From contig CAVPJU010000001.1 in NCBI GenBank assembly GCA_963705505.1, forward strand, positions 128,001 through 192,000: DNA of 64,000 nucleotides. The letters run 5' to 3'. Origin of the DNA: an uncultured bacterium. GTDB lineage: Bacteria > Desulfobacterota_D > UBA1144 > Nemesobacterales > UBA2774. The position numbers and the translations under genes are program-made. Positions 31,606 to 41,404 of this stretch are shown here, one piece after another; the first letter of the stretch is position 1; each line of letters begins with the position of its first letter. The notes below the pieces were generated by a model. The model searched no databases and was not told the DNA's origin. It worked only from the letters and a program-made list of their open reading frames with translations.

Positions 31606-31907
31606 CCAACGCCGACATCCACAATGACACCTTGAGAATTTAGTTGGTATATAATGCGTCTCGAATCCTAGCTGATATTCCTGTCGGGAATGAGGGCGAT
31701 ATTTTACACGTACTCTGAAGCCTGAATATCCCTGATAGCAAGACCTTGGGCCTGTAATTGCATATCTTTTTCGATAGTATAGATTATTTCGTATAGTGGA
31801 CCGGAGTACCGATGCTTAAGTCCTGTATTCGTTATTTCAAATTTTGCGGATGACAGCGGCTAGGCAATCGATCGGTTGATTAAAGATTGAAAAGTCGGGA
31901 GGTCATC

Positions 31908-32135
31908 ATGACTAAACAGTTCAAAGTTATCGTTGAAAAGCATGCCGATGGCTACGTAGCCTACCCCATTGGTTTGAAGGGGATCGTTATTGGCGAGGGC
32001 GAGACTTATGAAGAGGCTTTAGCCGATGTCAAATCCGCCATTCGGTTCCATATTGAAACTTTTGGAGAAGATGTTGTGGAACAAGAATCACCTGTACTGG
32101 AAGTTTTTATAGCCGAAGCGGGGGTTGGTATCTGA
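31908..32135 (+). CDS. hicB: HicB-family antitoxin (short)
   Basis: FKVIVEKHADGYVAY...GEGETYEEALADVKSAIRFH; GGAGG RBS. Confidence 0.85.
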   Translation: MTKQFKVIVEKHADGYVAYPIGLKGIVIGEGETYEEALADVKSAIRFHIETFGEDVVEQESPVLEVFIAEAGVGI

Positions 32136-32387
32136 TATCTGTCGTGCCGTTTCACAACTTCGAAACGAGCTTCCTTCTTCGTCGAAAAAATAATCCATTC
32201 AGCTTTACTCCTAAGTTTCTAAATCTATTAAATGTCTTTAAACCGTTTTTATGCTTTCCTTGACATTCGTTTTGTTTTAAATTAATAGAAATTCCTATGG
32301 GAATATTAGAAGATAAACTCAATATAGGCGAAGTTTCGATCATGACGACGTTGAATAGATTTTTCAAATATTCTATTGGAATGTCTC

Positions 32388-32627
32388 ATGATTAAATTTC
32401 CCGTTGATGCTCCTAAGACGAAAGTCATAAAGACACTTGAGCTCTTGGGGTTTCGTCTTGTTCGCGAAAGAGAGCACATTGCAATGATGAGGGAAAACCC
32501 TGACGGCACGCGGACTCCATTGACCATGCCCAATCACGCCCGGATCAAGGGTTCAACCTTACGAAGCATTTGTACTCAGGCACATATCTCAAGGGATGAA
32601 TTCCTGAAGGCTTACGAACAAACTTAA
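32388..32627 (+). CDS. hicA: HicA-family toxin
   Basis: VIKTLELLGFRLVREREHIAM...TMPNH...KGSTLRSICTQAHISRDEFL. Confidence 0.85.
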   Translation: MIKFPVDAPKTKVIKTLELLGFRLVREREHIAMMRENPDGTRTPLTMPNHARIKGSTLRSICTQAHISRDEFLKAYEQT

Positions 32628-32853
32628 AATGTTGTATCAACCGATGAAAATTCTCACACCGAACAACAATAGACAACAGGACGCCGGTTAATATCCTTTT
32701 ATTTCCAATTTGACTTAATCTCGACCTTTTGTTTACTATTTATTTGATTACTGTTTTCCCATACGTTTAATTTTCAGTAATATTTATAGTACGTTGTGCT
32801 GGGTGTTTCATGGGTTCAAAGATTTCTTTAAGTCCATAGGGTCGGAGGTTTAG

Positions 32854-34521
32854 ATGTCTGTTGACGAAAATGAGCTTGAAAAGATGAAGAGAGCAAGGGA
32901 GCATTGGGAGAAAGAGTACAAAAACGCCTCGAAAAGAGAAGCGGATTATACGACCGTCTCCGGGATGGAGGTGCCCCCGCTTATAACGCCGCTCGATCTA
33001 AACGGTTTTGATTATGAGAACCGCCTGGGATTCCCCGGCTCGTATCCGTTTACGAGGGGTATCCACAGCACGATGTACAGGGGGCGTCTCTGGACCATGC
33101 GCCAGTTCGCGGGGTTCGGGAGTCCCGAGGATACAAACGGGCGTTTCAAGTATTTGATGGAGCACGGGCAGACGGGTCTCAGCACCGCATTCGACATGCC
33201 TACGCTTATGGGTTACGACAGCGACCACGAACGGTCCAGGGGTGAAGTCGGAAAGGAAGGCGTATCCGTATCGTCGCTTGCCGATATGGAGGTGCTATTC
33301 GACGGCATTGACCTCGAAAAAGTGACGACCTCGATGACCATCAACTGCAGCGCGAGCGCCATATTTGCCATGTACCTCGTCATGGCTGAAAAGCAAGGGG
33401 TAAGCTGGCGTAAGCTCAGCGGGACTCTCCAGAACGATATGCTGAAGGAGTTCATCGCTCAGAGGGAATGGATATCGCCGCCCGGGCCGTCTGTGAAAAT
33501 CGTAATAGACATTATCGAATTCTGTGCAAAGGAAGTCCCCATGTGGCACCCCGTATCGATATCCGGTTACCACATACGGGAGGCGGGCTCGACGGCCGTA
33601 CAGGAGCTTGCGTTCACGCTCGCGGACGGGATCGCGTATGTCGAGGAAGCTGTAAAGCGGGGGCTCGACGTGGATGATTTTGCGCCCCGTCTCTCTTTCT
33701 TCTTCAACGTGCACAACGACTTTCTGGAGGAGATCGCGAAATTCCGCGCAGCGCGCAGGATGTGGGCGAAGATCATGCGGGAGCGGTTCGGAGCAAAGAG
33801 TCCGAAATCGCTTATGCTGAAAACCCACGCGCAAACGGCGGGGGCGAGCCTCACGGCGCAGCAGCCTATAAATAATGTGGCCAGAGTTACTATACAGGCC
33901 CTGGCGGCCGTGCTCGGCGGCACGCAGTCTCTCCACACCAATTCAATGGATGAAACCCTCGCTCTGCCTACTGAAGAGTCCGTCACGGTTGCGCTCAGGA
34001 CTCAGCAGATAATTGCCGAGGAAAGCGGCGTCGTGAACACTATCGACCCATTCGGCGGGAGCTACGTCATCGAATCTCTCACAGACAGGGTCGAGAGTGA
34101 GGCGTTCCGCTACATAAATAAGATAGATGAAATGGGTGGGATAATCAGGGCGATTGAAACAGGGTATCCTCAAAAAGAGATTGCGGACGCGGCCTATAAG
34201 TATCAGAGGGAAGTCGATACGGGGGTGAAGACGATAGTAGGGGTCAACAAATACAATACCGAGGGGGAGGTTTCCATACCGACCCTTAAAATCGAAGACA
34301 GTGTCGAGACCGACCAGATTAAAAAGCTAATGGATCTTAAAAGGAACAGGAACAACAAGGCCGTGAAGTCGAGGCTCCGTGACATTGTTACGGCCGCCAG
34401 GAACGGCGACAATTTAATGCCTTATATTATTGAGGCTGTAAGGGAGTACGCGACACTGGGGGAGATAAGCGATATATTCAGGGAAGTATACGGGGTCTAC
34501 CGCGATCCGGGTTATTATTGA
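32854..34521 (+). CDS. B12-dependent acyl-CoA mutase large subunit, probably isobutyryl-CoA mutase IcmA
   Basis: MCM-family motifs (PFTRG, SISGYH, QSLHTN) with RQFAGF and LKEFIAQ specificity residues. Confidence 0.88.
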   Translation: MSVDENELEKMKRAREHWEKEYKNASKREADYTTVSGMEVPPLITPLDLNGFDYENRLGFPGSYPFTRGIHSTMYRGRLWTMRQFAGFGSPEDTNGRFKYLMEHGQTGLSTAFDMPTLMGYDSDHERSRGEVGKEGVSVSSLADMEVLFDGIDLEKVTTSMTINCSASAIFAMYLVMAEKQGVSWRKLSGTLQNDMLKEFIAQREWISPPGPSVKIVIDIIEFCAKEVPMWHPVSISGYHIREAGSTAVQELAFTLADGIAYVEEAVKRGLDVDDFAPRLSFFFNVHNDFLEEIAKFRAARRMWAKIMRERFGAKSPKSLMLKTHAQTAGASLTAQQPINNVARVTIQALAAVLGGTQSLHTNSMDETLALPTEESVTVALRTQQIIAEESGVVNTIDPFGGSYVIESLTDRVESEAFRYINKIDEMGGIIRAIETGYPQKEIADAAYKYQREVDTGVKTIVGVNKYNTEGEVSIPTLKIEDSVETDQIKKLMDLKRNRNNKAVKSRLRDIVTAARNGDNLMPYIIEAVREYATLGEISDIFREVYGVYRDPGYY

Positions 34522-34621
34522 TCGGCCGTTTGGACTGACCGCTCGGTTAGACTTTCATAGACGGGGATCAGCAGTTTCTTAAGAAGAAAACTACAGTATT
34601 TACGAGGCAGGGCTAATTGAC

Positions 34622-35032
34622 ATGGGTCAGGGTTCGAGAATAAGGATTTTAATCGGGAAGGCGGGACTCGACGGGCACGACAGGGGTGTGAAGATCGTCG
34701 CGAGAGCCTTGAGAGATGCGGGCTTCGAGGTTATTTATACGGGGCTCCATAATACGCCCGAGGCTATAGTCGAGACAGCGCTCCAGGAAGATGTCGATGC
34801 TCTCGGACTGAGCATTCTCTCGGGCGCTCATAATTATATTTTCCCCGAGGTGGTCCGTCTTCTGAGGGAGAGAGGGATGGGCGACGTAACGGTTTTCGGG
34901 GGCGGTATAATTCCCAAAGAAGATATTGAAGCCCTCAAGGAAAAGGGAGTGAAAGCCGTATTCGAGCCCGGCACCTCCACAGATGAAATTATAGACTGGG
35001 TAAAGGCGAATGTTGTCCCGAGGGCATTATAG
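34622..35032 (+). CDS. Cobalamin-binding small subunit of the mutase (IcmB-like)
   Basis: GLDGHDRG (DxHxxG), SILSGAH, GGGIIP. Confidence 0.93.
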   Translation: MGQGSRIRILIGKAGLDGHDRGVKIVARALRDAGFEVIYTGLHNTPEAIVETALQEDVDALGLSILSGAHNYIFPEVVRLLRERGMGDVTVFGGGIIPKEDIEALKEKGVKAVFEPGTSTDEIIDWVKANVVPRAL

Positions 35033-35041
35033 GATTTCACG

Positions 35042-35680
35042 ATGAAGTGCGTCAGCTGCGGGAATAGGAAAGCGAAGAGATATTGTCCTGCGCTCAGGGC
35101 GTCGATATGTCCCGTGTGCTGCGGGGAGAAAAGGGGCGTCGAGATCAATTGTCCTCTCGACTGCATGTATTATGTCGAGGGGCAGAAACATCAACAGCTT
35201 AAGGTAATGCATCAGAGAATTCGCAAGGAAGGGGCGGTCAGCTACGTGCGCCGCGCGGAGCTCTATAACCGGAACCCCGAGGTTTTCGCGAGAATAGAAA
35301 AGATTTTTGCGGATGCATTCCGCTCCGACAGGAGACTCAGGAACGAGGATACGGTTTCAGCCCTTGAGCTCGTAAAAAGCACGCTCGATACCGAGAAGAA
35401 GGGTCTTATCTACCAGCATCAGAGTGAAAACAGCTTTGCGAACGAGCTCTCGACCAGAATGCTCATAGCCTTGACCGATTTCAAAGACAGCCCGGACATA
35501 CGGGAGGACAGGGTAACGATAGATTTTGCTCTGAGCGTGGTGGAAGAGTTCCTAAAAGAAGCGAGGTTCTTCATGGAGCACGATTCGAATCCGCAGAGCT
35601 ATCTTATTCACATTTTGCGGTATCACCCGGAAGAAGAACCCAAGCCCGGGAGACAAAGCGAGCTTATCATTACTCCGTAA
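35042..35680 (+). CDS. Hypothetical protein with Cys-rich N-terminal metal-binding domain
   Basis: CVSC, CPAL, CPVCC, CPLDC within the first 45 aa. Confidence 0.75.
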   Translation: MKCVSCGNRKAKRYCPALRASICPVCCGEKRGVEINCPLDCMYYVEGQKHQQLKVMHQRIRKEGAVSYVRRAELYNRNPEVFARIEKIFADAFRSDRRLRNEDTVSALELVKSTLDTEKKGLIYQHQSENSFANELSTRMLIALTDFKDSPDIREDRVTIDFALSVVEEFLKEARFFMEHDSNPQSYLIHILRYHPEEEPKPGRQSELIITP

Positions 35681-35712
35681 ACATGGGTTGGCTGAATCGA
35701 AGGGTATTGCGG

Positions 35713-35904
35713 TTACTTGTTATTATTTCCCGCTGGCACCGTGTTGATAATGGCCGAGACAATCAAGGCGACTACGGCTACGATGGATAGAATCTTAAAA
35801 TATGACTGCCAGTCAAGCTTCAGTCCCAGATAAAATCCGGTCGCGACAAACGAAAAAACTATGAGCAATATCAGTACGGCGCCGGGTATGTTTTTTCTAA
35901 GCAT
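35713..35904 (-). CDS. Small two-TM membrane protein
   Basis: 63 aa, GGAG RBS, two hydrophobic helices. Confidence 0.55.
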   Translation of the reverse strand: MLRKNIPGAVLILLIVFSFVATGFYLGLKLDWQSYFKILSIVAVVALIVSAIINTVPAGNNNK

Positions 35905-36235
35905 TTGGTATCAATACTCCCTAATCATTATAAATTTTTTGCGGCGGGAATAATATTATCTGAATTCGGCGCCATATTCAACTGTCCGGAGTCAAGCGTT
36001 CGTATGAAGGCCCGAGGCGGTCTCAAGTACGTCCGGGTTTGAACTTAAACGATAAACTATGTAACATTACAGCATATTATTTTCTCTTAACGGAACGTGA
36101 CCCTGCTTGTCCTTTATAAATATTGTCGACAAAACAACCTATCAATGGTGACCTACAATTTCCAGTAATTTATCTATAAGAATTCCCAAGCCCAAAGAGA
36201 TCCTTAAGCTGTTAAGAAATTCGGGACGCCGCCCC

Positions 36236-38089
36236 ATGAGGTCAAAGGAAATTTCGAGGCGCCTCGGCGTGCCCAAGGAAGGGAAACTGCTCCTAAAGAA
36301 GATACTGCGGAAAATGGTTAGTGATGGGGCGATCGGCAGGACGAAAGACGGATACATAGTGTCAGGGAGAAGAGAACCCGCCGAAGTAAAAAGCGAGCCG
36401 GCACAGGCAAACGCCCTTATCAAGGGGATGATCAAGGGCGGGAAGATTCTCGGAAAATTCGTCAGGACGGGTAAGACCGGCAAAATTATACCTAAGGACG
36501 ACAGGATACCGCACATCCCCCTTCAGGCGGGCGAGATAAAAAACTTAAGGAACCACAGTCTCGTCGTTTTCGAAATAAGCGGAGGGGTTACGCTGAGCCG
36601 GAAAGTCCGGGGCCATATAGTGGACGTACTCGGCAGAGCGGGGGATTTGGAAGTCGAGAAAAAAGGCTTATTGGTGGAATATGATCTGTCGGAGAAATTC
36701 TCCGCCGAGGCCATGAGGGAGCTGGCCGAGATACCTGACGAGATACCCGAGAGCGAATTGAAGAGAAGGGCGGATTTGAGGGACGATATCATTTTCACGA
36801 TCGATAACGACGACGCCAAGGATTTCGACGATGCCGTAGGCATCACGAAGACGGACTACGGCTACAGGGTTCTGGTTTCCATAGCCGACGTTTCTTACTA
36901 CGTGAATCTGGGGAGCGGGATAGATAATCAGGCGCTTGAGAGGGGGACCAGCGTTTACATGCCTCATATGGTCGTCCCCATGCTGCCCGAGAAGCTCTCA
37001 AACGACCTCTGCAGCCTCGTGCCGTATAAGGACAGGCTCACCAAAACGGCAGAGATGGATTTTAACCGTAAAGGCGAGATGGTGGATTACAAGATTTACA
37101 ACAGCGTGATCAGGAGCGCCGCCCGTCTTACGTACTCGAAGGTGGCCGAGAGTCTGGGGGGTTCGGGCTTCGTGCCGATCGAGGAAAAGCAGATAACCGA
37201 GAAGCTGCACATAATGAACGAGCTCTACAAACATATCAGGGAGAGGAGGATCGAAAAGGGGGAGCTCAATTTCGATATTCCCGAGCCCGACCTCATAAGG
37301 GACGAGCTGGGCAGGACCGTAGATGTGGTGAGGACTCAGAGGAACCCGGCCCACGGCTTGATCGAAGAGTTCATGATCGCGGCGAATACGGCTGTCGCCA
37401 GATTCACATGTCAGTCGAAAGTCCCGTCTTTATACAGGGTCCACGAGAAGCCCGATATGGAATCCATCATCGAGCTCTCGGAAGGGCTCAGGAAACTGGG
37501 CTATACCCTGCCGGTGGAGGGAAAGATAGATACGCTCGACTTTCAGCGGATCATTGATAAGAGCAGGGGCAGGCCCGATGAGATAGCCGTTAATATGCTT
37601 ATTCTCCGTTCCTTGAAAAGGGCTATTTACTCGACTCTGGAAGAGGGCCATTTCGGGCTGGCCATAAAGCACTATACTCATTTCACCTCGCCTATCAGGC
37701 GCTACCCCGATTTAATCGTCCACAGGATTATCAATTCGCTGCTGAAACACAGCGCTCATCCCTATGACAAGGAGTCTTTAGACTGGATGGCGGACCATTC
37801 GTCAAAGAGGGAGAGGCATGCGGATGAAGTCGAGAGGGAGGCCATAAACCTCGAAAGGGCTCATCTGATGAAGTCTTATATCGGACAGGAATTTGAAGGG
37901 GTTGTACTGAGCGTTCTCCCCTTCGGGATGTTCGTCGAGGTCAAGGAGGTTTTTGTGGAAGGCCTCGTGCCCAGAGACAGTGTCGTCAACTGGAGGAAGC
38001 GCTGGTTCGATATAGGTCAGACCGTCAGGGTCAAAGTCACCGCCGCAGACGTCGAGAAGAGAAGGATTACCCTTAATCTGGCGTCCTGA
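36236..38089 (+). CDS. rnr: Ribonuclease R
   Basis: TIDNDDAKDFDDA, HFTSPIRRYPDL, C-terminal S1; the frame stays open upstream (EILKLLRN), so the true start is probably near 36145-36180. Confidence 0.9.
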   Translation: MRSKEISRRLGVPKEGKLLLKKILRKMVSDGAIGRTKDGYIVSGRREPAEVKSEPAQANALIKGMIKGGKILGKFVRTGKTGKIIPKDDRIPHIPLQAGEIKNLRNHSLVVFEISGGVTLSRKVRGHIVDVLGRAGDLEVEKKGLLVEYDLSEKFSAEAMRELAEIPDEIPESELKRRADLRDDIIFTIDNDDAKDFDDAVGITKTDYGYRVLVSIADVSYYVNLGSGIDNQALERGTSVYMPHMVVPMLPEKLSNDLCSLVPYKDRLTKTAEMDFNRKGEMVDYKIYNSVIRSAARLTYSKVAESLGGSGFVPIEEKQITEKLHIMNELYKHIRERRIEKGELNFDIPEPDLIRDELGRTVDVVRTQRNPAHGLIEEFMIAANTAVARFTCQSKVPSLYRVHEKPDMESIIELSEGLRKLGYTLPVEGKIDTLDFQRIIDKSRGRPDEIAVNMLILRSLKRAIYSTLEEGHFGLAIKHYTHFTSPIRRYPDLIVHRIINSLLKHSAHPYDKESLDWMADHSSKRERHADEVEREAINLERAHLMKSYIGQEFEGVVLSVLPFGMFVEVKEVFVEGLVPRDSVVNWRKRWFDIGQTVRVKVTAADVEKRRITLNLAS

Positions 38090-38174
38090 GAAAACCGTAC
38101 CCGGTTATCTCCGCATCATATAATATTCCGCGCGTGTTAATATTCCCCGGTTCGTTCGGATTCAGGGGCCCCGT

Positions 38175-38999
38175 TTAAATCTCGACTCTGAACAGTCCCT
38201 TAAGGGCGAATCCGAAGACAATCGATAATACGAAAACGACGACGAGCCAGTGGACGTGCCATTTCAGTATGCCGACCGAGCCCGCGGGATAATCGATCCT
38301 TATCTGCTCCGCCAGAGAATTTTCAGGCAGGGGCTTTTGTGCGGGGTTCAGCAGTTTATCCCAGAGGCTCGATGCCGACGCCTCGGGTGAGATTTGTACG
38401 AGGCCCTTTTCGGAGACTAAGACTTTCTGCCGGATCTCCTCGCCTGACACGTTGAATGTGAGATCGTGCGCTCCCGTTTCTTTAGCCCGGATCCTCCAGT
38501 CTACTTCGTTCTGATCGGGAATTCTTAAGGGAGGAGTTTCTATCGTAATCCCCTTATCCGAAGTGAGTCTGACGTCCGGAAGCTGCTCACTGCCGCCGTG
38601 GAGCTTGAGGGACACTATCGCCGATTCGTCCGGCCTGAGGGGTCTATACCCGTACCAGCTGTCCATTTGAATCAGGATAACAGCAAGCGGTATCATCATG
38701 AACAGCATAGGCTTTACGGCATACTTGATGTATCTGAGGTTGTATATAAGGATGTTCTTCTGCGATGACAGCACTATCCCTATTTCGTCCTTGAAGAGAC
38801 TGAGCTCGAAAATATAAGCCCTGATTTTGTTCTTGGTCTCTCTAATCTTCTGCTGGTCCGATGTGTAGCGGAAAATTATGAGCATTATGATTCCGATAAT
38901 GAGAGAGAAGAGGGCCAGCGACCATAGGGGGTCGATATTTTTGAACGGTGTAATGAGAATGCCGAATAAGCCGCTCATCGCGGAATTAAATTGCCACAT
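38175..38999 (-). CDS. Membrane protein, EMC3/TMCO1 (DUF106)-like pattern with inserted soluble domain
   Basis: TM1, coiled coil (TSDQQKIRETKNK), KPMLFMMIP TM2, beta-rich insert, WLVVVFVLSI TM3. Confidence 0.55.
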   Translation of the reverse strand: MWQFNSAMSGLFGILITPFKNIDPLWSLALFSLIIGIIMLIIFRYTSDQQKIRETKNKIRAYIFELSLFKDEIGIVLSSQKNILIYNLRYIKYAVKPMLFMMIPLAVILIQMDSWYGYRPLRPDESAIVSLKLHGGSEQLPDVRLTSDKGITIETPPLRIPDQNEVDWRIRAKETGAHDLTFNVSGEEIRQKVLVSEKGLVQISPEASASSLWDKLLNPAQKPLPENSLAEQIRIDYPAGSVGILKWHVHWLVVVFVLSIVFGFALKGLFRVEI

Positions 39000-39088
39000 C
39001 TTATCCTTTATCTGCGGTCGATTAAATTTTATGAATAGGGTCCCGGCAGCCGTTCATGCATCAGCTAAAGCTCCGTATAGCTGCCTCT

Positions 39089-39289
39089 CTATTCGATATA
39101 CCCGAGTCCCTTTAACCTTTTGGCTACCTTTTCCTCGTCTTCGGGGGACTGTTTCTGCCCCTTTTTCAATTCCCTTTCGAGCGTATATGTTATAAATTCC
39201 TCAACCGACGTATAGCCCGATTCCTCCGCATATTTTTTGCATCTGTCGAGCAAGTCCTTATCCAGTTTGATCTTAGAGCCGCCGAACAT
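39089..39289 (-). CDS. Small ribbon-helix-helix-like protein ending RLKGLGYIE
   Basis: GAGGAAGG RBS; KIKLDKDLLDRCKKYAEESGYTSVEEFI. Confidence 0.75.
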   Translation of the reverse strand: MFGGSKIKLDKDLLDRCKKYAEESGYTSVEEFITYTLERELKKGQKQSPEDEEKVAKRLKGLGYIE

Positions 39290-39318
39290 GAACCTTCCTC
39301 CTTGGATATATGTGCAAT

Positions 39319-41322
39319 TTATTTTCCGGGATTATCATCCGTAAATATATTATTTCCGATCATGCCTTCCTGCTTCGGGATTCCGAATTCTGCCAGTATA
39401 GTCGGGGCCAGATCGTAGAGAGCGGGTTTCTGCGACTTTATCTCCTTATTCGAAAGGAGGATTCCCGGCACCAGGTCTGCTTCCATCAGGTGGTCTCCGC
39501 TCCACTTCTGCTTGTTGTCCCTCAGTATGTCCTTCGGGAAACTGCCGAGCACGGTCTCCCAGGAAGCGCGGTACCCCTTATTGTAACCAACGATGAGATC
39601 GGGTGCATCCTTGAGGAAAGGACCGCTGTATACTTCCTCCGCTTTATATACCCTGGAAATTACCTGCTCTCCGGTCTTCGGGTCCCTTATGGAAAGAAGC
39701 TTTGCGGATATCTCGTCCAGCAATTCCTCTCTCTTCCCGGGCTCGACGATTCCTTCGAACTCCCTCCCCTTGAGGTTTAGAAAAAGGCCGTTAAAACCTA
39801 CTCCGTAAGCGCGTGTCCTGCCCCAATCGACGTTCTGGAAGAACTCGCCTTCCGCCTCATCTGTCAGGTACGAATATCCGTTATCCTTGAGCCACGTATT
39901 CAGGTTAAAAGCCCTGTAAAACGGGGCAAATCCGTGATCCGATAAGGCGATGACCGTGGTGTGGTCGTCGATATTGTCGAGGACCTTTCCCAGCACCCTG
40001 TCCATTTCGATGTAGGCGTTCTCGATCACGAGCTTCAGTTTGCTTCCTGAATCATAAGCCGGGTGCTTGGGGTCCATCGTGCGCCAGAACATATGGGAAA
40101 GCTGATCTACCCTGCCTATGTAGAAGAAGAGGAACCCTGAATTGAACTTCTTAAGCTCGAGATCGAGCATATCCTGCTCTTCGCCGAAGGCTATGTTCGT
40201 CTGATCGAGGAACTCGCCGTCTCCGAGCACATTTTCGGATAGAGCCTTGGAGTCTTCGGGGATGCCCTGGGTATAGTAAAGACCTATCTGCTTGACTATC
40301 CTCTCCGAATAATCCTTGGGTGTGGAAATCGGAAGGGCGGGGGCAGAGGGGTCGATATTCACGGGCGTGACATACAGTTTGAAATTCGGCCTCAGCTCTT
40401 TTAGGTAAAAGCGCGCGATGCCGCTCGCACTTTCCAGATAAGGAAGCAATTCATATTTTATTTTGATCCAGTCGCTCCACTCACCTTCCTTGAGTATTAT
40501 CTCCCTGCCCTGGACGGCTATCTTTGCGACCGGGTTCTCCGGGTCTATAAAAACGGTGAAGTCGACCCTGCTTTGAGGCGCATCTTTCTCGAATGTGTTT
40601 ACGGGTCCCGGAAGTTTGGCCCGGACTTTATTCCTGAAGACTTCGACCGGAAAAACCTTGCCGCCGGATGTTTTCTCGAATTTTCCGGTGTCCTCGTCGG
40701 TATAATAGGAATAAGTCCCGTATGTCCCCTGAATGTCGGGCGTTCCCATTCCCGAGAGCTGATAGGCCTTGCCGTCCACAGTGGGGAAATTCGCCGGCAC
40801 CCGGAATATGGTCGTAGGGATTCCTCTCTCCGTCAAATATTCCCAGAACGCTTTACCCTGGCGGAGCAAGGAAACCTTGCCCGATGACAGGGGAATCACC
40901 CAATTGCCGACCGTTATGGTTTTTTTAGCGGGCTCTGTCTTCGAAGTAGACAGATAAGGCGTAATACTTTCGGGGTCCCTGTGAATGAAGTCGAAGATAC
41001 CGTGCCCCCCCGGGTTCATGCCCGTAATAAAGTTTGACCAGGCAACAGGGCTCTGGGGAGGTATGCTCGTCGCAAGCGGCTTGAAACCCCCTGTTTCGGC
41101 CAGCTTCTTGAAGTTGGGGAGCTTCCCTTCGTCCATCAGTCTCTTGAGTATGTTAGGGTCCATACCGTCAAATCCGATGACTATCACCTTCTTATCCGTC
41201 CCCTGCGCTTTGGCCTGGGGCGGTCTGCCGTCCTCTCCGCATCCGGCGGAAACGACCACGGCGGCGATAAAGACAAAAATCAGCGCCATTTTAGCTATAC
41301 CGAATCTGGATTGTCCGCTCAT
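39319..41322 (-). CDS. Alkaline phosphatase superfamily (nucleotide pyrophosphatase/phosphodiesterase) lipoprotein
   Basis: VIGFDGMDP, PPQSPVAWS, SDHGF, WSGDH; lipobox SAGC; likely start 41322 or 41289 rather than 41469. Confidence 0.85.
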   Translation of the reverse strand: MSGQSRFGIAKMALIFVFIAAVVVSAGCGEDGRPPQAKAQGTDKKVIVIGFDGMDPNILKRLMDEGKLPNFKKLAETGGFKPLATSIPPQSPVAWSNFITGMNPGGHGIFDFIHRDPESITPYLSTSKTEPAKKTITVGNWVIPLSSGKVSLLRQGKAFWEYLTERGIPTTIFRVPANFPTVDGKAYQLSGMGTPDIQGTYGTYSYYTDEDTGKFEKTSGGKVFPVEVFRNKVRAKLPGPVNTFEKDAPQSRVDFTVFIDPENPVAKIAVQGREIILKEGEWSDWIKIKYELLPYLESASGIARFYLKELRPNFKLYVTPVNIDPSAPALPISTPKDYSERIVKQIGLYYTQGIPEDSKALSENVLGDGEFLDQTNIAFGEEQDMLDLELKKFNSGFLFFYIGRVDQLSHMFWRTMDPKHPAYDSGSKLKLVIENAYIEMDRVLGKVLDNIDDHTTVIALSDHGFAPFYRAFNLNTWLKDNGYSYLTDEAEGEFFQNVDWGRTRAYGVGFNGLFLNLKGREFEGIVEPGKREELLDEISAKLLSIRDPKTGEQVISRVYKAEEVYSGPFLKDAPDLIVGYNKGYRASWETVLGSFPKDILRDNKQKWSGDHLMEADLVPGILLSNKEIKSQKPALYDLAPTILAEFGIPKQEGMIGNNIFTDDNPGK

Positions 41323-41404
41323 ACTAAGATCCGTATCCGAAATAAGCAACCATTGCTCTCCCTGCGGGGACCGCATGCCATATTTATTGTTCATTACGGG
41401 GTTT

